Assembly (NCBI GenBank): GCA_024704765.1
Contig: JAKMXF010000111.1
Location: 1,070,619-1,134,618 of the forward strand
Direction of reading: 5' to 3'
Source: Oopsacas minuta
Lineage: Eukaryota; Animalia; Porifera
DNA length: 64,000 nucleotides
The translations under genes were made by a program, and so were the position numbers. Positions 34,120 through 49,100 of this stretch are shown here, one piece after another (position 1 is the first letter of the stretch; each line of letters opens with the position of its first letter). The notes beneath the pieces were generated by a model, which did no database searches, was not told where the DNA came from, and worked only from the letters and a program-made list of their open reading frames with translations.

Positions 34120-37100
34120 TTAGTTTAAATGAAATCCTTTTTCTTTGGTAGCAGCCATGAGACATAGATGCATCTCTTCTTCAGTTTTGTACTCCGGGAG
34201 CTTGAGGTAATGGAAACACGTGTTGACAGAAGGGAGGGTGCCTTCATAGGTAGTAGACTTCCTTACCACACACAGTCTGGGATGGAGGTTGGCAAGTCCG
34301 CCTGGAGGGAGAGAAGATGACCCAGTCACAAATTGCACAAATGCCTATATAAAATAAGCAAGTAATATGAAAACATATGAGCTTTATGCTATGGCTAAAT
34401 AAAAATATTTCGTTGATATGTCATTTAAAATGAATAATCACTATTCTTATCAGGTTTCTTTCTAAATGTATAGCAGCAAACAAATTGGATATGCAAATTT
34501 AGAACATTTCTATTTACGACCTAGTAATGGCATCTGTGTTAATGTCAGTTGTCTGTAAATACGTAATTAGTTCATATGCGAAGCTTCTTCGGTTCAAAAC
34601 ACTTCACTAAACGATTTCAAAGTTATGCCCTTTTACAAATATGTAGGTGTCACTCAACTCAAATAAAATCATGATTAGATTTAATAGAATTACTTTTGAA
34701 CAGAACTAATAGTACAGTAGAACTCGGATAAGACGTACCCTCTCGGGAAAACTATAATTACTACGTACTAACCGAGTTATTTCTTATGTGAATATTCTCC
34801 CTATATACAATTAGTAAAAGAATAGATAAACTGTTTTGGAGAAAAGTAAGTATTAACTAACTTCCACTGTAAAAACGATTGAATTAGGCTGAAAGAACAG
34901 CCAATATTGGAGGGTAGATAATTTTATTTGTTGTATTTAAGAGTATTTATTCGTAGCAACATATTACAAATCACCCAGCCCCATGATTATCGTCACTAAA
35001 TGGGTTGCTACAAAATAAGACTCTTTAATGCATTAAGAATTTTAGAGTGCATAATTGTATATATTTCATTCAAATTAACCTGAGTGACTAGCTATTTCGA
35101 ATTTCTTCCAAACCCCATTAAAGTTTTAGCTTTTTTTAATCTTTTTACTCAATTTCAAAGTACTAATGGCTTCACGTATCATGAGTATTGATTAGATGTC
35201 GATCTAGCGTTGCTTAATGCTTATATCATCTAAACGAACATATTTCCAAATATTCGTTGGACATGATTACGAATAATGATTTCAGTCCTAGAAATAATAA
35301 TACAAAATATCTAGAGCGGTTGGTGTCAATAGGTTCATAGCAAATACAGTCAGACTCGGATGAGATGAATCGAACCCATTGGGGTAATATAAATCAGTAC
35401 GTATTATTCGAGAGTACGTATTATTCGAGAGTACGTCTTATTCGGATAGATATTGTATAGAAATGAATAGGAAAATATTTTTTGGGAAGAAAGAAAAATA
35501 AGTATTAACCGAGACGTCTCATCCGAGTTCTACTGTCAGCAAAACAATGGTATCGTACTGCTTTCGGGTATTCAAATATTTTAAAATATATTCAAATATT
35601 TAAAATTTTGTATTCATCAATCAAAGTTAAGAAACTCAAAATCAAAGCCTCGAAGAACGATTAGTAATAAAAGCTTTTCATCAAAGACTCTTTAAGAGAA
35701 TTTGATTTTCAATTGAATCTGTTGTTGTGCTATTTTTAAGTGTTAGAGGTTAGAGATATAAGCTATATTACATACAGCTACACTTCACGTTCACATCACA
35801 ATGCCTTTGATAAACAGTATTTCCGCAAACGATAATGGATCAAAGAAATTTTCTGCAGAAAGAAAAGTGTAGTATTATGCCACAATATAAAGGGACAACT
35901 TACTTTCTTTTCTGATGGTGTGAAATTTGTAGCAACCTCAGTAAACATCAAATATGCTGTGCTGAAATAAAAAGAAAAGATATCTAAATATTCAACAGCT
36001 AATGTCGTTTAACTATCCATTTTCCAAGGAGTTAATTTTTATTATAAAGACATAGCTCCCTAGTAGCAAAGTTCGTGTGCAAAAATATGACTTGCTGCTA
36101 GGCGAACTGCACTAAAAAAAATATATATATACACATATAGAGATTGAAGAAGCTAGTCTCAGAGATGACTTATGGCCTGGCTCAGAAAATGCAAGCATTG
36201 CAAGATCATTGACACTTATAATCCCCATGGATTCACGACGTATTGCCACACTTTTGGATTTTCGAAAATTTACATACTTTATTGTTATATTAGGTGGTTG
36301 AATTGGAATCCAAGTACTACCAAATTGTCTGACGCCATAAGTTTCACCAAATATTTTATTTTAAGGGAATTATTACGCCATCAATATTCTACAAAAAAAT
36401 AGCAAATTTCGAAATCTAGTAGCGCGAAAAATTACAAAAGTTACCTCATCTTGTCATAACCATTTTTGGCTTCTGTAAAGTTGAGTAGATCTTCTCTAGT
36501 CCAGTTTGGAACTTGTTCTCCACAAGCTACTAATCTGAGCTCTTCAGGTTGGAAGCAACTGAGTGTGTTCATTGGAAATACAGTATTGAACCCAGCTACA
36601 AATACAATAAACACTCGTTAATTCGAACACGGTTATTACGAAACTCCGATGATACGTAAACTATTCAGTCCATTTCAATGCCTTTACAGTACCAATTGCG
36701 ACCGTCATTTTGTGTACGAACACCAATTGACAGTCGTAAGTATAAATTGAAGTTCCATGGCATTCAAGCACACAAAATATATGCCAAATCGCTGCCGCAG
36801 TAAAATTCTATATTTTCGTAGCATATCGAGTGTCAGTGTGTGTATTTATTATGCGCTATAACTGCTCAACAACCTGGATTGCACATTGAAAGTGGGAAAT
36901 ATTATTCAACTAAACTCAGCAAGTATAACATTCGATTATTGCCGAAAGTGAGATGTTAGATCATTAAATTAATTGATTTGAGGATAATTTGATTCAGCGT
37001 ATTTCAAAATATCAACGGTAAAAACTCATTTCTTTTGGAATGATAAAGCGATTTAATAGCTATTCTTTTGACAGTTATGCAATTCCTTAAAAATATATAT

Positions 37101-40100
37101 TTGGATTTGGAAGTTTACAAATTTGTTACATAAACAAAGTTATAAATATCAAATCTTACCCCGAAATGACTCTAACTGTTTTTGTATTCCCTTCCGGAGG
37201 AGAAATTCTTGAATTGAGTCGATATACAGTTCTGCATTGTCTAATGTCACTGTCTACAGTTGTAGAAATAAATTGGTTACAAATCTACTCGATAATGAGA
37301 AATAATTATTAGAACATATCCAGGAAATATATTAATATTGCATATTCAATTTTTATGTAGACCCCAGCAATTATATAGATAAAGAAATAAAATAGAGTGT
37401 AAGACGTTGAATAAATTGTGAGAAGTTATCTAGCAGTAACTTCTCAGCAAATATAAATTTACCTTTTCCTCTCCCTCTGTAATTAGTTGGTATTTGTCAT
37501 ATCCATAACATGTTTCTGGACAATACGTGAAGTTAATACTAAAGAAATTTAATATATAAAAGAGTTAGAAAAAATTATATAATTAAATTTCATACAGGAC
37601 GTACTATAAACTCTCAACCGAACGATTTAAATCTTGAATTTTATTCGTCTTCTCCAGCTCAGAGAGAGTAGAATCGTCGAGAATTATTCTTTGTTGTTTG
37701 AGCGCATAAGTGAGTTCTTGAGTTAGAGACGCGTATGCTGGGTATAACAGTTTAAAATCTTCCTAAATCACAAAATTATCAATAAATACACAATTGTTAG
37801 ATAATCTCCTAGGCTAAAAACCTACATGATTCAATACCCCGTATGAACTAGTCGGTTTCTCTTTAATGCGATTAGTTGGAGAATTCGGTGTATCTAACTG
37901 TTCAGCTCTTTCTTTGCACTGCGAATCATTTTCTTTGGCTAATTCAGGCAATGGGCTATTTTCACCTAAAATATAATTTGAGATATACAATATTGCAACC
38001 GAATTATTGGCGAATAATGTATATCTAGCCAAATCCTAATACAGCATACACCCAAATAAAAATTTCACCACATTTAAACGATAACCAGTAGAAATAGTGT
38101 ATCTATACAAGAATGCAGAAATAGATTCCTTGATGTAGCATACCCTAGAGAGGGCAACAATGTATATCAAGGATGTTACAACTTGCAAAGTAACATAAAA
38201 ATAGTATTAAAACAGTTAGCTTTCCAATTGGCTTATTTCAAATTGTACAATAGATTGTGTCCAAGATATCAACGTTAGTCTCAGGAAGTATCGTGGGGGT
38301 GTTAGATAATATATCTATCTTCGAATTGATTATAATAATGTCATAAGTATTGTATTAGCTGAAAATGCATTATAGAAATCGTATCCGATAAAAATACAAA
38401 AAAAAAGAAGTTAGAGACATAGCGCAAATAATGTTAATCACTAGCTAATTAGCTTAATTAAATTACTATCCACATGATAGTTGTATCTATTGCACTAATG
38501 TATAGGACAAACTTGAAGAAATGATTTCAGCATTCGGGCTCGTAAGGTAGCGACCTTTCGCGATCACGTTTCCAATTGAAATCTGATAAAGTTTATTAGA
38601 ATTCGATGATTGAATCAGGTCGCTAACCACGAGATTAGAAGGGAGAAGGAATATATGTAATCATGACATATTAATAAAGATGGGAGGGAAATTGAGGTAA
38701 TTGTTATACTGAATCACACGAGTGGAATTGTATTGTCCAATTAATCAGAGTACAAATATGCTGAGGAATAGATTAACTTTCCAGGGTATTTTAGGAAGCA
38801 CTGATATAGTTACAAATTGTAATCATCATGTGATACCCAAACAATATCAATAATATGATGTTGTCCTTTGCCAAAATATTACTAACAATTAACCAACTAA
38901 CATGTACAATAAATGGTGAACACTATTCTAAAGTGTACGCAATAAGATCAAAAGGATGCAATAATCGTAATATTAATAAGAAGTGATGGAGCAGCCAGGG
39001 GGAATTCCAGTCCTGAACTTAACTGCCCAATTAACCTACTGAACTTCAAGAAGCATTTTCAATACTCATTACAAATCTAGTTCCCGCAATAGTAAGACTG
39101 ATAATAAAGAAAATGACTGTAGCAGAACCAAAATTTCATTCAGAATACTTCGCTCTGCTGGAAGTATTTTGAATCAGCATATAAGCGCATAAGCTACACA
39201 AATGTTTTGTATTACTTCTATTGCCATATTCGAAATTCGAACTCCTAGAAAATTGTTACTAAATTTTTCGCCTCCAGTCACTTGCCTGGATAAATCCAAG
39301 GCCCCCCAGAACTTTTTTGGTAAAGGATAATATGGCAAAATATCATAATTTGTGAAAACATTATCATACACCAATAGTTACCTTGTGTCATACTATCTTG
39401 TTCCTGCTTATAATATCCGGTAATTTTGTGTACTGCTGGACTCAGGGGGGAGGGAGCACACAACAGCTTAAGAAATGACGTAGAGAGGGGTAGATCTACT
39501 ATCCTGTCGTCTTGTAGCGCTTTCGCAAGGAATATACCAAGGAAATTAAACAATTCTGAAACCTTATTGCCTGATTCAGAATTTGGAGGATATGGAGCAG
39601 GGAAAAGTCCTTGGTTAAAATGTACAAACTTTGATCTTTTTTCATTTTCATCAACCCCACTTTCAATAGTCGTTTCATGATTGTTTATTGCCTAAAATAT
39701 GTTCAATACGTTAAAGTTAATATTTCAAAAAACTTTTTCCTAGAATTAGTTGTTGAAAAGTCTTACATATATTACTTAATATAATGATTATAGAAATTAA
39801 TATTAATAAACACAAAATATTAGCAAATGAAAATATAAAAATTTCCGAAGAATCGAAAGTCAAGAAATTTCCAATTAATAATAGGTAAATATGGCAAAAC
39901 CCAAATTAAACAAATTCTATGTGAGTAGCATATTTGGTAAGATAGGCTATTTTCTAGTTCGATATAAAGAATTAAATGATTAGTAAATTAGCAGATTTGT
40001 GTTACAAGTTACAACCAAGCTAAATCAAATAGATTCCAAATATAATGACCTACAAGTATAATAGAAAACGTTAACAAATTTCGTGGATATTCTATTTTGA

Positions 40101-43100
40101 CGTTGACATATTTATCATAGTGGTAAACAACGAATAAAACACAAATCAGAAAAGAGCTCAAAATTATTCAAAGATGAAAAAGAGCAATCATTGGAGTAAT
40201 TACTAAGAGCTACATAAAATATTCTTGGAAGAGTACCAATAACTGTTAGGAACATGCTGGACTATATTAGTACAGAGTAAATTTGTATTTTTGATGAGCA
40301 GTTTTAACCTTATCATCTTTTGTCATACTTTTTTTAATTGAAACACATTTTTGTTGTGAAAAGGCTTCATTCTCCGTCAATTTGGGGCTTAGTGAGCCAT
40401 ACAACCCTCGGATTGAATCAGTACACAAAGATTAGTGCTGGAAAAAACTGACTTGTGACATGAGATAGTATTGTTGAAGTTGGAACTAGCGCATTTTATG
40501 ATTACTAAATAGTGAAATTTGGTTTGCGTCTTTGAAAAATTGAGAGAAAATTCTCTTTACGACAATACCCACGATATTGAGTAACATACTTCACTAGTGA
40601 CTTCCCAGTGATCATTTAACCACATGTTTTGCTCCACCTTCTGTAGTTCTGTAGCGACAAGAGAATAGAACTCTAGAGAAGGTCCTAAACCTGTTCCTTC
40701 CTCATTCTCGTATTGAATCTAAATATACATATCACCCAGTAAGTCACCATTTGGTTAATGCAAAATATATTTACCTCTAAAATAGCCTTCCTCGAGCAGG
40801 TTGCTTCCATTACCCTCTTAGCTTGTTGTAAAGTCTGTAAAATTTAGATTAATTCAATCCGTAATTAACTGAATTAAAACTTAGTAGGATTCATCGTTAA
40901 GTCGTCGCACATTCTTACAATTGTAGAACAGTTCTAATAAATCCTCCTCACCAATTACTTACCAGGTTTCTAGATACAGTGACAATATCAACTTTCAGCC
41001 TCCCTAGTCTAAACTCATGATGCTCCTCAGATCTGGAGGTGGTCACATTCAAGTTAGATCTGTTACGATCCAATTCATCTTTGTGCCTCTCCTGGAGCCA
41101 AACAATAGACCTGTGGGATATCAAGTAAATATACCTGCCCCATGGAGTAAAGTAATTCTCTTCAAAAGTTAAGATGAAATAAAATAATATTACACAAAGG
41201 ATATAGTTCATAGGAAATGATTATGCTGGTAACCATCATATACTATCAGGTCCCTTCCTTCATACCACACAAATTAGTATTGGTATGTGGATTCAGAATT
41301 AATACCTACATTTAAATGTTAGTTATTGAGCACTGAGATATGTGTAGTGCTCATATTTACGAGAGTATATTGTTTGTTGGTTGAAAGCACACAGCATTTT
41401 GACTCTATTTGTAAAGTTGTACACTTATGTTTCTGTAAATTGGTATGAAACATAGTACAAAACTGTGACAGTAATTTAACTCAATTTATTTTACTTATAA
41501 GTTCACAAACCTTGTCGGTCCGAATGATTTACTCTTGAAATATTTCATTCGACATTCAAAAGGAATAACAAATGAATAATTACACAACACTTGACTAATC
41601 CATTCAGGCAAAGCGTCAGATGTTAGTGAGAGTGGATCCTAATTAATACAATGTAATCGATAGAGTAGGATGAATACACACAGGTTTGAAGTACACACGG
41701 ATATAAAAACTGACCTTTATTTGCATTAATATCTTGTTAGTGACCTTTTTACTATGATACTCTTCTTGAGTAACATGATTTGTAGCGTCTGAATAATGAT
41801 TAATTGTAAATTACACAATATGAATTGTATGGAGGTTGCAAATTGTGTTACCTTCACTATTGTCCTGAGAAGATAAGAATCTTATTTGTGACAATAGCTT
41901 AAGGACTTGGAAGAAAGTCTTACTATTATCCTGTTGGTTAGCAATAGAGTTATGCTGTCTATTCCTACTCAGTAAGGCTGGCTGACATTCCTATGGGAAA
42001 AGTAATGAAATGGAATTGGATATTAGTAAAGTTATTAATTTAGTTATTTTAGTACCGAGACTGAGCAGTGAATAATCAATTAAATAAATATAGTATGATA
42101 TATGTACCATCACTTCGGTTCATAAGGTTCTTCCATTAATATTATCAAGACAGCCATGAAATTCAATAAATATACAAGTATGGATAATAGTAAACATCTG
42201 CTTACATTAGTTTCATCCTCATGAAGTTTGTAGATAAGTCTATGTGATAAATAAGAGTATTCAAAATAAATATTCACTCTACACACACAAAGACCCTTAT
42301 ATAATACATTTGTGAATTAAATATAGTTTTGAAAACAAAAGGCATTTGTTCATATACAACTAAAACTGATAATCATATATAGCAGCAAGCACACCCTCTA
42401 CAACATTATCGGGTATTACCTCCCCACTAAGCTCTATACTAGGCTTAGCACAGGGAGGAATGTTATCCCATCTAAGGGTTATTACATCACTCTCAATCTC
42501 ATTTCGTGAAGGAGTTAAATGGATTGGTATAACATCTAAAAAGCGGAAGAATTCAGAAAGCAATGCTGTGTCTTCAACTTGTGCGATAGCATTTAAATAT
42601 CTCTCCAGCTTCCGTTGTCTAACTTCAATCACATGTTTAATATTTTTAGCCATTTTCTTTGGTGGAAACTTCGGATGAGGTTTTATAACTTTTTTCAATA
42701 TTTTCCTCAATTTGTAAAATTCTCGATATCTCTTCTCTACGATATGTTTTTGTGTACCATTGGTTACTTCAATACAATACACAGTATAGCTATTCCCAGA
42801 TGAAGGTTCTATGTTTCTGTGTTTTGGGATATGTATATAAAAATCTGCATCTTCTACTCCATTAGCCATTTCAAATAATTAATTACAGCAATATCAGTCT
42901 GTTATATTGTTCAGGTGGTATGCTTATGGTATAATATGATTACTGTAAGATTAGTTTTATTGCCCTCACAGGTAACTTTAGAACTAGCTTCAACCATAAA
43001 CATAAATATTGTCTTGGCAGCATAAATACATTCATTTCCGATTTGAGTTGTGTCCCAGTATACTATTATTTGCTTTGCTCACAAGTTACAAATTAATTAA

Positions 43101-46100
43101 TTGGCTTTATTTTGTCTGGAATTAGTGAGTAATAAAGAAAATGGGATTAATGAAGCTGTTTATTGACACACAAGAATACCATTTCACCTATGAGTTTCCA
43201 TTACAAATTTTCTCAACTCATATTAAAACTGGGACATAAATATGGCAATAATAAGAGCCGAAAAGTAGTGGTATGTCGCCAATCAGAACATTTCATAGAT
43301 ATGAAGCTTATCTAGCTAGACATTCCCAGTATTAATTATTTATCCTAAAAATGCATTTAAGTCAATTATCTAATATAATTTTTGTTGATCAAAAATAACG
43401 AAAAGTTTAAAAACTTACTCGTAGGTTGCATCCCAAGGTTTAGCAAATTTCTTCAAGTCACTACACATGAACGCTTTATTCAGATAATAGAAAAGAGATT
43501 TACTCGGATCGTCTAGAGGAACAATCAGCTCGTCTTTCTAAAAGTAATAACCAATAATAATAACATTAAAATGATTATAAATTTGATTAGTCACAAAACG
43601 GAAATATCAACAAACTTTTTCGGTCTTAATCTTGGTTAATTTAAGAGAAAGTGCAAGTCGACCAGTAATAGATTTTACTTCGCTCCCTTCAAGTTGTTTT
43701 GGTTTGGGATCTTCTAGAAATCAAAATAGGATTGTAAAGACCATAAGAAAGTTAATCGTATCGGTAAATCCAACAATCACAATTAGTTTACAATCTTGTA
43801 GAAATATTCAAATTATAATTATTATGAATATTGAAACGTCTAATAATCTATAATTAATATAATGTATCAACATTTGTTGAAGTTTACAATATTAATGGGC
43901 GGAACCAGCAGGCACCAGGACGTGTTAACTTCACGGAAGACAAATTTAAATGAGTTAATACTGCGATTTTCGACAGGATTAGCACCAATTTTACCATTCT
44001 AATGGCGTCTACTCGCTTTATTACGACCGATTGCGGTTGATTCCAGTAGTAACAGGATATTTTTTTGCTCGGATACAAAAATATTTACTGCTACCTCACA
44101 TGTGTAACTACGTCAAAAAATAATAGTGACCTAAACCTGATAAATTTTTGTGTTTCGTATGTATTAGTGTCGTGAGATCATCCTTAGAGACTAACCAATC
44201 TGGTAATCATTCTATTATCACATCGTGTTATCAATATTAACCTGGGTTGGGTAGAGTGAGAGGCTGCATAACAGGAATGTTATATTGTCCAGGTCTAGGA
44301 TCGTACGGGGGAAGGAGATCACTATATTCTCCTCTCAATTCTATTCCCTGAGGGAACTCAGGAATAGATTGTGTTCCTTCTGTAGATGCATCAATCTACG
44401 GAAATGTAAATAAATAACTGAATGATAAACAGATATATATTCCAACCTCTAAATCATCTTCAGCATTTTGAGAAATATCAAAAGTAAGCAAACTTGCCTA
44501 AAAACAAATAAATAATTGCAACTGACTCCAATAAATTGAGTTATTGTTATTTGATCGAATAAATATTAGTTGAGAATACAAGCGCATAAAGGGAATTCTT
44601 GAAAGAAAGAGTCCAGATGTTCTAAGCTACCCCACAACTGACAATACCAGCTGTTATTATGATAAGGAAAATACATTATAACTAATTAATATAATAAATT
44701 GTGTAGTGACATAGATAAGTGACAAATGCCAAGAGATTTTGGAAACTACACAAGTCAAATTACACAAAAAAGCCATATTTGACGCATTCATAAACAATTT
44801 ATTCTTTGGCTAAGGATTTCCCCCAACTTAAATTTTAGAAGGAAAACTAACTTGATCACAAAGGACAGAATTGACATCCATAGTCATCACATCCTCATCA
44901 GGTTCAGGAGGTTTAAGTAAGTTCTCTAGGTAGAGATCGTATTTACCTCCAGCACCCATGCGGTAAGAATTTGTATTACCATTGTCCCATTTAACTTCTA
45001 TCCAACCTACAGAAAAATAACCTGATAAACCTACGTACTCAACGAATAACATTAACATTCTATAGCAATGATTTGAACTCAGACCACATACGACTTGTAG
45101 ACAGCTATTTTAATTATACTGAAATATATGGATGGGCGTAGTTATTGAAATCTAATCACATTATACTAATATTGTAAAAATTTATCACCAGCTATTCAGT
45201 GCAATCAGATATTCACAAATACACTGCGTAAGCATATGACATCAAAAAAATGTAAGCAATCTAACTAAACAGTAAGAATAAGTATGTAGAAATAAATATG
45301 ATGTCATAAATATAAAAAATCCCCTCAATTATACCATCAGAGCTTAAATCTCCAGTTACTGTCCCTGAATCAGATAATTCTTCTTCCCAGTTGAAGTCAA
45401 GCCCCTTTCTCACCTTACTTCCTTGTTTCAACTGAGGTATAATCTAAATAACAAGTTTTATTACACAGAACTTTGGTATTATTATATTAAATAATAATAA
45501 TAATTACAATATTTCATCCCCCAAAATGGTAAGATAAATAAAGCATGAAAAGTCCCAAAAATATTGCAGATCGTTATTACATTATTACCAATTGTTGGAT
45601 GAGCTGTCGTTTTTTGTTCAGGACCTGTTCATGTTGATATGCTAAAGTAATAAACTTTAATACAAAGCTAAGATAGAGGAAATTACATGTAATCAATGAA
45701 ATTATTATAATATTATAAATTATAGATATGATTAATGCTCACTCTTTGGCTTGCCAGCAACTCCTGTTAACATGCCGTATAACTCAATACCGGATATACA
45801 AATGTAAAAATATTTCCCACTTGCATCAGGTCCAGTTATCTTTATCCGAAAGAACCTCCAACCTTCTGTTTCGTCCTCAGGTGCCTTCACGGGCCATGAA
45901 CAAGTAGAACTAGAATACTTTCAATTAGAAGAAAGAATGGCTAGGGCATTACAAATTCATAACACGTAACTAATATATGTGACTTAATGCAAGTGGTCAA
46001 TCAGTAATCAAATCAAAGAGGGAGTATTAGTATCACACAAACCCTGGGTGGACGAGAGAACTGTCGTTTTCATGTTTTGATAGAAGCTGCCATTTTCTAC

Positions 46101-49100
46101 CATTCTTTGAACCTTCAAATCTCCAATTACGTAATCCTGAACTTGAAATGATGAACACAATAATAATCACAATCAAGTTAATATATTAAATACAATCAGT
46201 TTACTTCTCAAATCCTGCAGCATGTCTAATGGAGTACATAGTCGGTATGAACCATAATCCGAGATCTAGCATCAACCAGGAGTCTCTATAAGCAAAAACA
46301 CAAACAGGCTACAATCAAGGTTTGGTATCTTGTTCGAATGGGTAAAATCAGACAGAGCAAACAACAATTTACTGCAAATAAAGTACTTTTTGTTCCCGAT
46401 GTATGATTTGTGAGGAGTGGTGTCTCTCGACAGGAAATCTGATAAGAAGCCAGAAGCAGGGTACAGTCCATCACTGCTAGTTATATTCACTAACCGGATG
46501 TCATGTGGATTAGAATACTCACAGGTCCTATTAGATTGTGTATACAAATGTAAACTAGCAAATTTAAATAATTCTCCAAATAATATTAACAGAAATGTAC
46601 TACGTATAAGCGCGTTTGAACTAATTCGGTATATTTAGAGTTGCTAAACATAATAGAATTTTATCATAATGTTAAGCAGGTGGAGAGTGGAATAACAACT
46701 GATTATTAGTCCTAATCTCATTCGTACAAATAATCACCACAGCCATTTCTACAATTACGTATACAAAATGCAGAATTGTACTGGCGACTAGCACATTGAG
46801 GGTAACCCAAAACAATATCTTTCTCATGAAAAAGATGTCAACAAGCTATGACTAAGTTCTATAAAACCCTTACTCGAAGGCCATATAAAATAATATACTT
46901 GTTTATCATCCCCGCCCGCCCCATTTAATTTCCCTCCTCGGCAAATTTTTAATTATAAAACATCTTTATTTAATACTTATAATCGCAGATGAGCATCTTC
47001 GAAACAAGCTAATTATTTAACACTAGCGCCCTTCGCTTGCTAGGTCGCTGAGCAGTGTGGCTAATCATGTGATATTTCGAAAATCCAAAAAGGTGGCAAT
47101 GGCATCATAATTTCGTCAGGTGTGAATTTCGTCCAAGACTCAAACCTGTCCGAGTCAGGCCCAAATACTCCTCCCTGTATGGCAAAAATCAGCCCTGGGG
47201 TGTGCACTAAATTTTTATTATTATTATTTAAATTGTACAATAATTCAGATTATAGAGAGGAAGTGAATATTAGTTTTCCCCATATACAGTGAAAGCTTAA
47301 TACGAACACCAACGGACCGTACGGTTAGAATTTATTCGCTTTTCCGAAGTTCATAAACCGGAGTAATATCCATTGAAGTACGGTTGTAGGGACCTGATTA
47401 TGTCGAATATTGTTCGTCTTATCAGAAATTCGTATTAACGAGATAGTTTAAATAAATTAGTAAAATTACGCTAAGCAAAAAGGTAAAATAAAATGCCGCC
47501 CCCCGCCCCTATTTTGCAGAAAAAAATGGATGAGAAACAAGTAATATATCTTGCATGGCCTATATAGATGGCTATTACGAGTTACGTCATGACAGTAAGA
47601 AAGTGTTCCAATGTAATTTGAATCGAATAATTGAATTAATGCTAGCATGGTAGTTACCGTTTATGCAGCTGTGTTGATAAGATTAATATGTAAACTGATA
47701 TGATTAGAAAAGTTAGAGATGGTACCGTCAACAATACACATAATTATATAGTGATCATGTGTTTAGCACACAAAAGAATACACCTTGTAGATATTTTGAT
47801 TATATTGGTCTATGTACATTTTAGGAAATTTTTAATTAATATTATGTAATGAGAGTGTTGTTGCATGTTTACACATTAGCATTAAATTCTCTTATAATAA
47901 ATATAATTTTCACTCAAATAATTGCTCGTATACATTCTATATGTTAATAAATTACCAAGCGTTTGTTCCCATCCAATAGAAAATTCCTTGTTTATCAAAA
48001 TCGCCTGTGAAGTTGAACTGTATTGGGTGTGATTTGGCTATCTTAATGAAGTTCAGGTCATTTCTTTCGTAGTCATACCACATGTTCGTTAACTAAATTG
48101 ACAAAAATCAAATCGTACATAACTTCAAAGCTGAGAAAGTGAAATAAACCTTAGTATAGAGATACTTTTCAAGTTGCCTAACTAGAATAAGAGGCTCTGC
48201 ACGAAAATGTTTTCCAGTGTAATCCCTTAGAACTGTGTCGCAAGGTTCGCGACGTAATTCGATATGAAACTTCCTCTGAAGATTCTAAAGAAAAAGAATT
48301 AATTCTGAGTAATAAAACCATCAAACCTTAAATGGAGCATTCCTATACTCTGCTACGTTAGCTACCAATAGTTATTTGCTCCTACGACTAAGAAAACAGG
48401 GAAGCGGGAAAAGTAATAGAATAAAGAGATTATTGAAATTATGCAAGATATGAGTTAAAATTAGACTCAGTGTAGTGCTTCGCTACTAATTAGTATAATT
48501 ATTGTATTGGAAATGTTTTAATGCATTGTGGCTGGCTATCGCAGCTAAAAATAATCTCTTAGGTCCTCAATTAAACTAAAATTTGTTTCTGGATATGGTA
48601 TAGGGTTGTGCACCAGGGATAATTAATAATATTACATATACTGATGTACGAGAAGTGTGAAGAAATGTTTCGGTTGCAAAAGTGTAGAAATTTGGTCGAT
48701 AAATAAATAAGTGTAATTTTATGTGTTTATTATTTAGATTAAAATACATATTTTAATTAAACCAAAACTATCACAACACAAGAATTTATCACTAATGGAC
48801 CCAATAAATGGATGCTTCAATTAATAAATCAAAACGTACTTACACCAATAGAGAAGGTCTGTTTATGGTCGAATAAATAAACAGGTAGTTTTTCAATAGT
48901 TTCTAGGACTGATACAAGCTTCTGAACAAGGAGATTTAGATTTTTGCTACAAACATTAGTAAATTATTAATTACATAGCGTTTGCCATCTGATAGATACA
49001 TACGTATATGAAATGTTAGCAAAATACAACTGAGAAATGTATGTAGTTCTAAATTCGCATCACTGTTAATTATTGCAATGCCAAAAGGTAACATTCCAAA

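Noticed and set aside
38539-38633. Small imperfect inverted repeat (GTAGCGACCT / AGGTCGCTAAC); similar hairpins at about 13578-13622 and 19158-19208
   Set aside because: Short and single-copy in the window; cannot be distinguished from MITE remnants.
37990-39370. Protein-like open stretches in a HECTD1 intron (also 20760-21080, 22150-22700, 33780-34080, 60590-60780)
   Set aside because: They contain multiple stops, show no recognisable family and give no consistent splice pattern. They may be decayed genes but cannot be supported.
40350-40500. AAAAGGCTTC resembling the U11 snRNA 5' end
   Set aside because: The match is too short and no downstream U11 structure or Sm site could be recognised.
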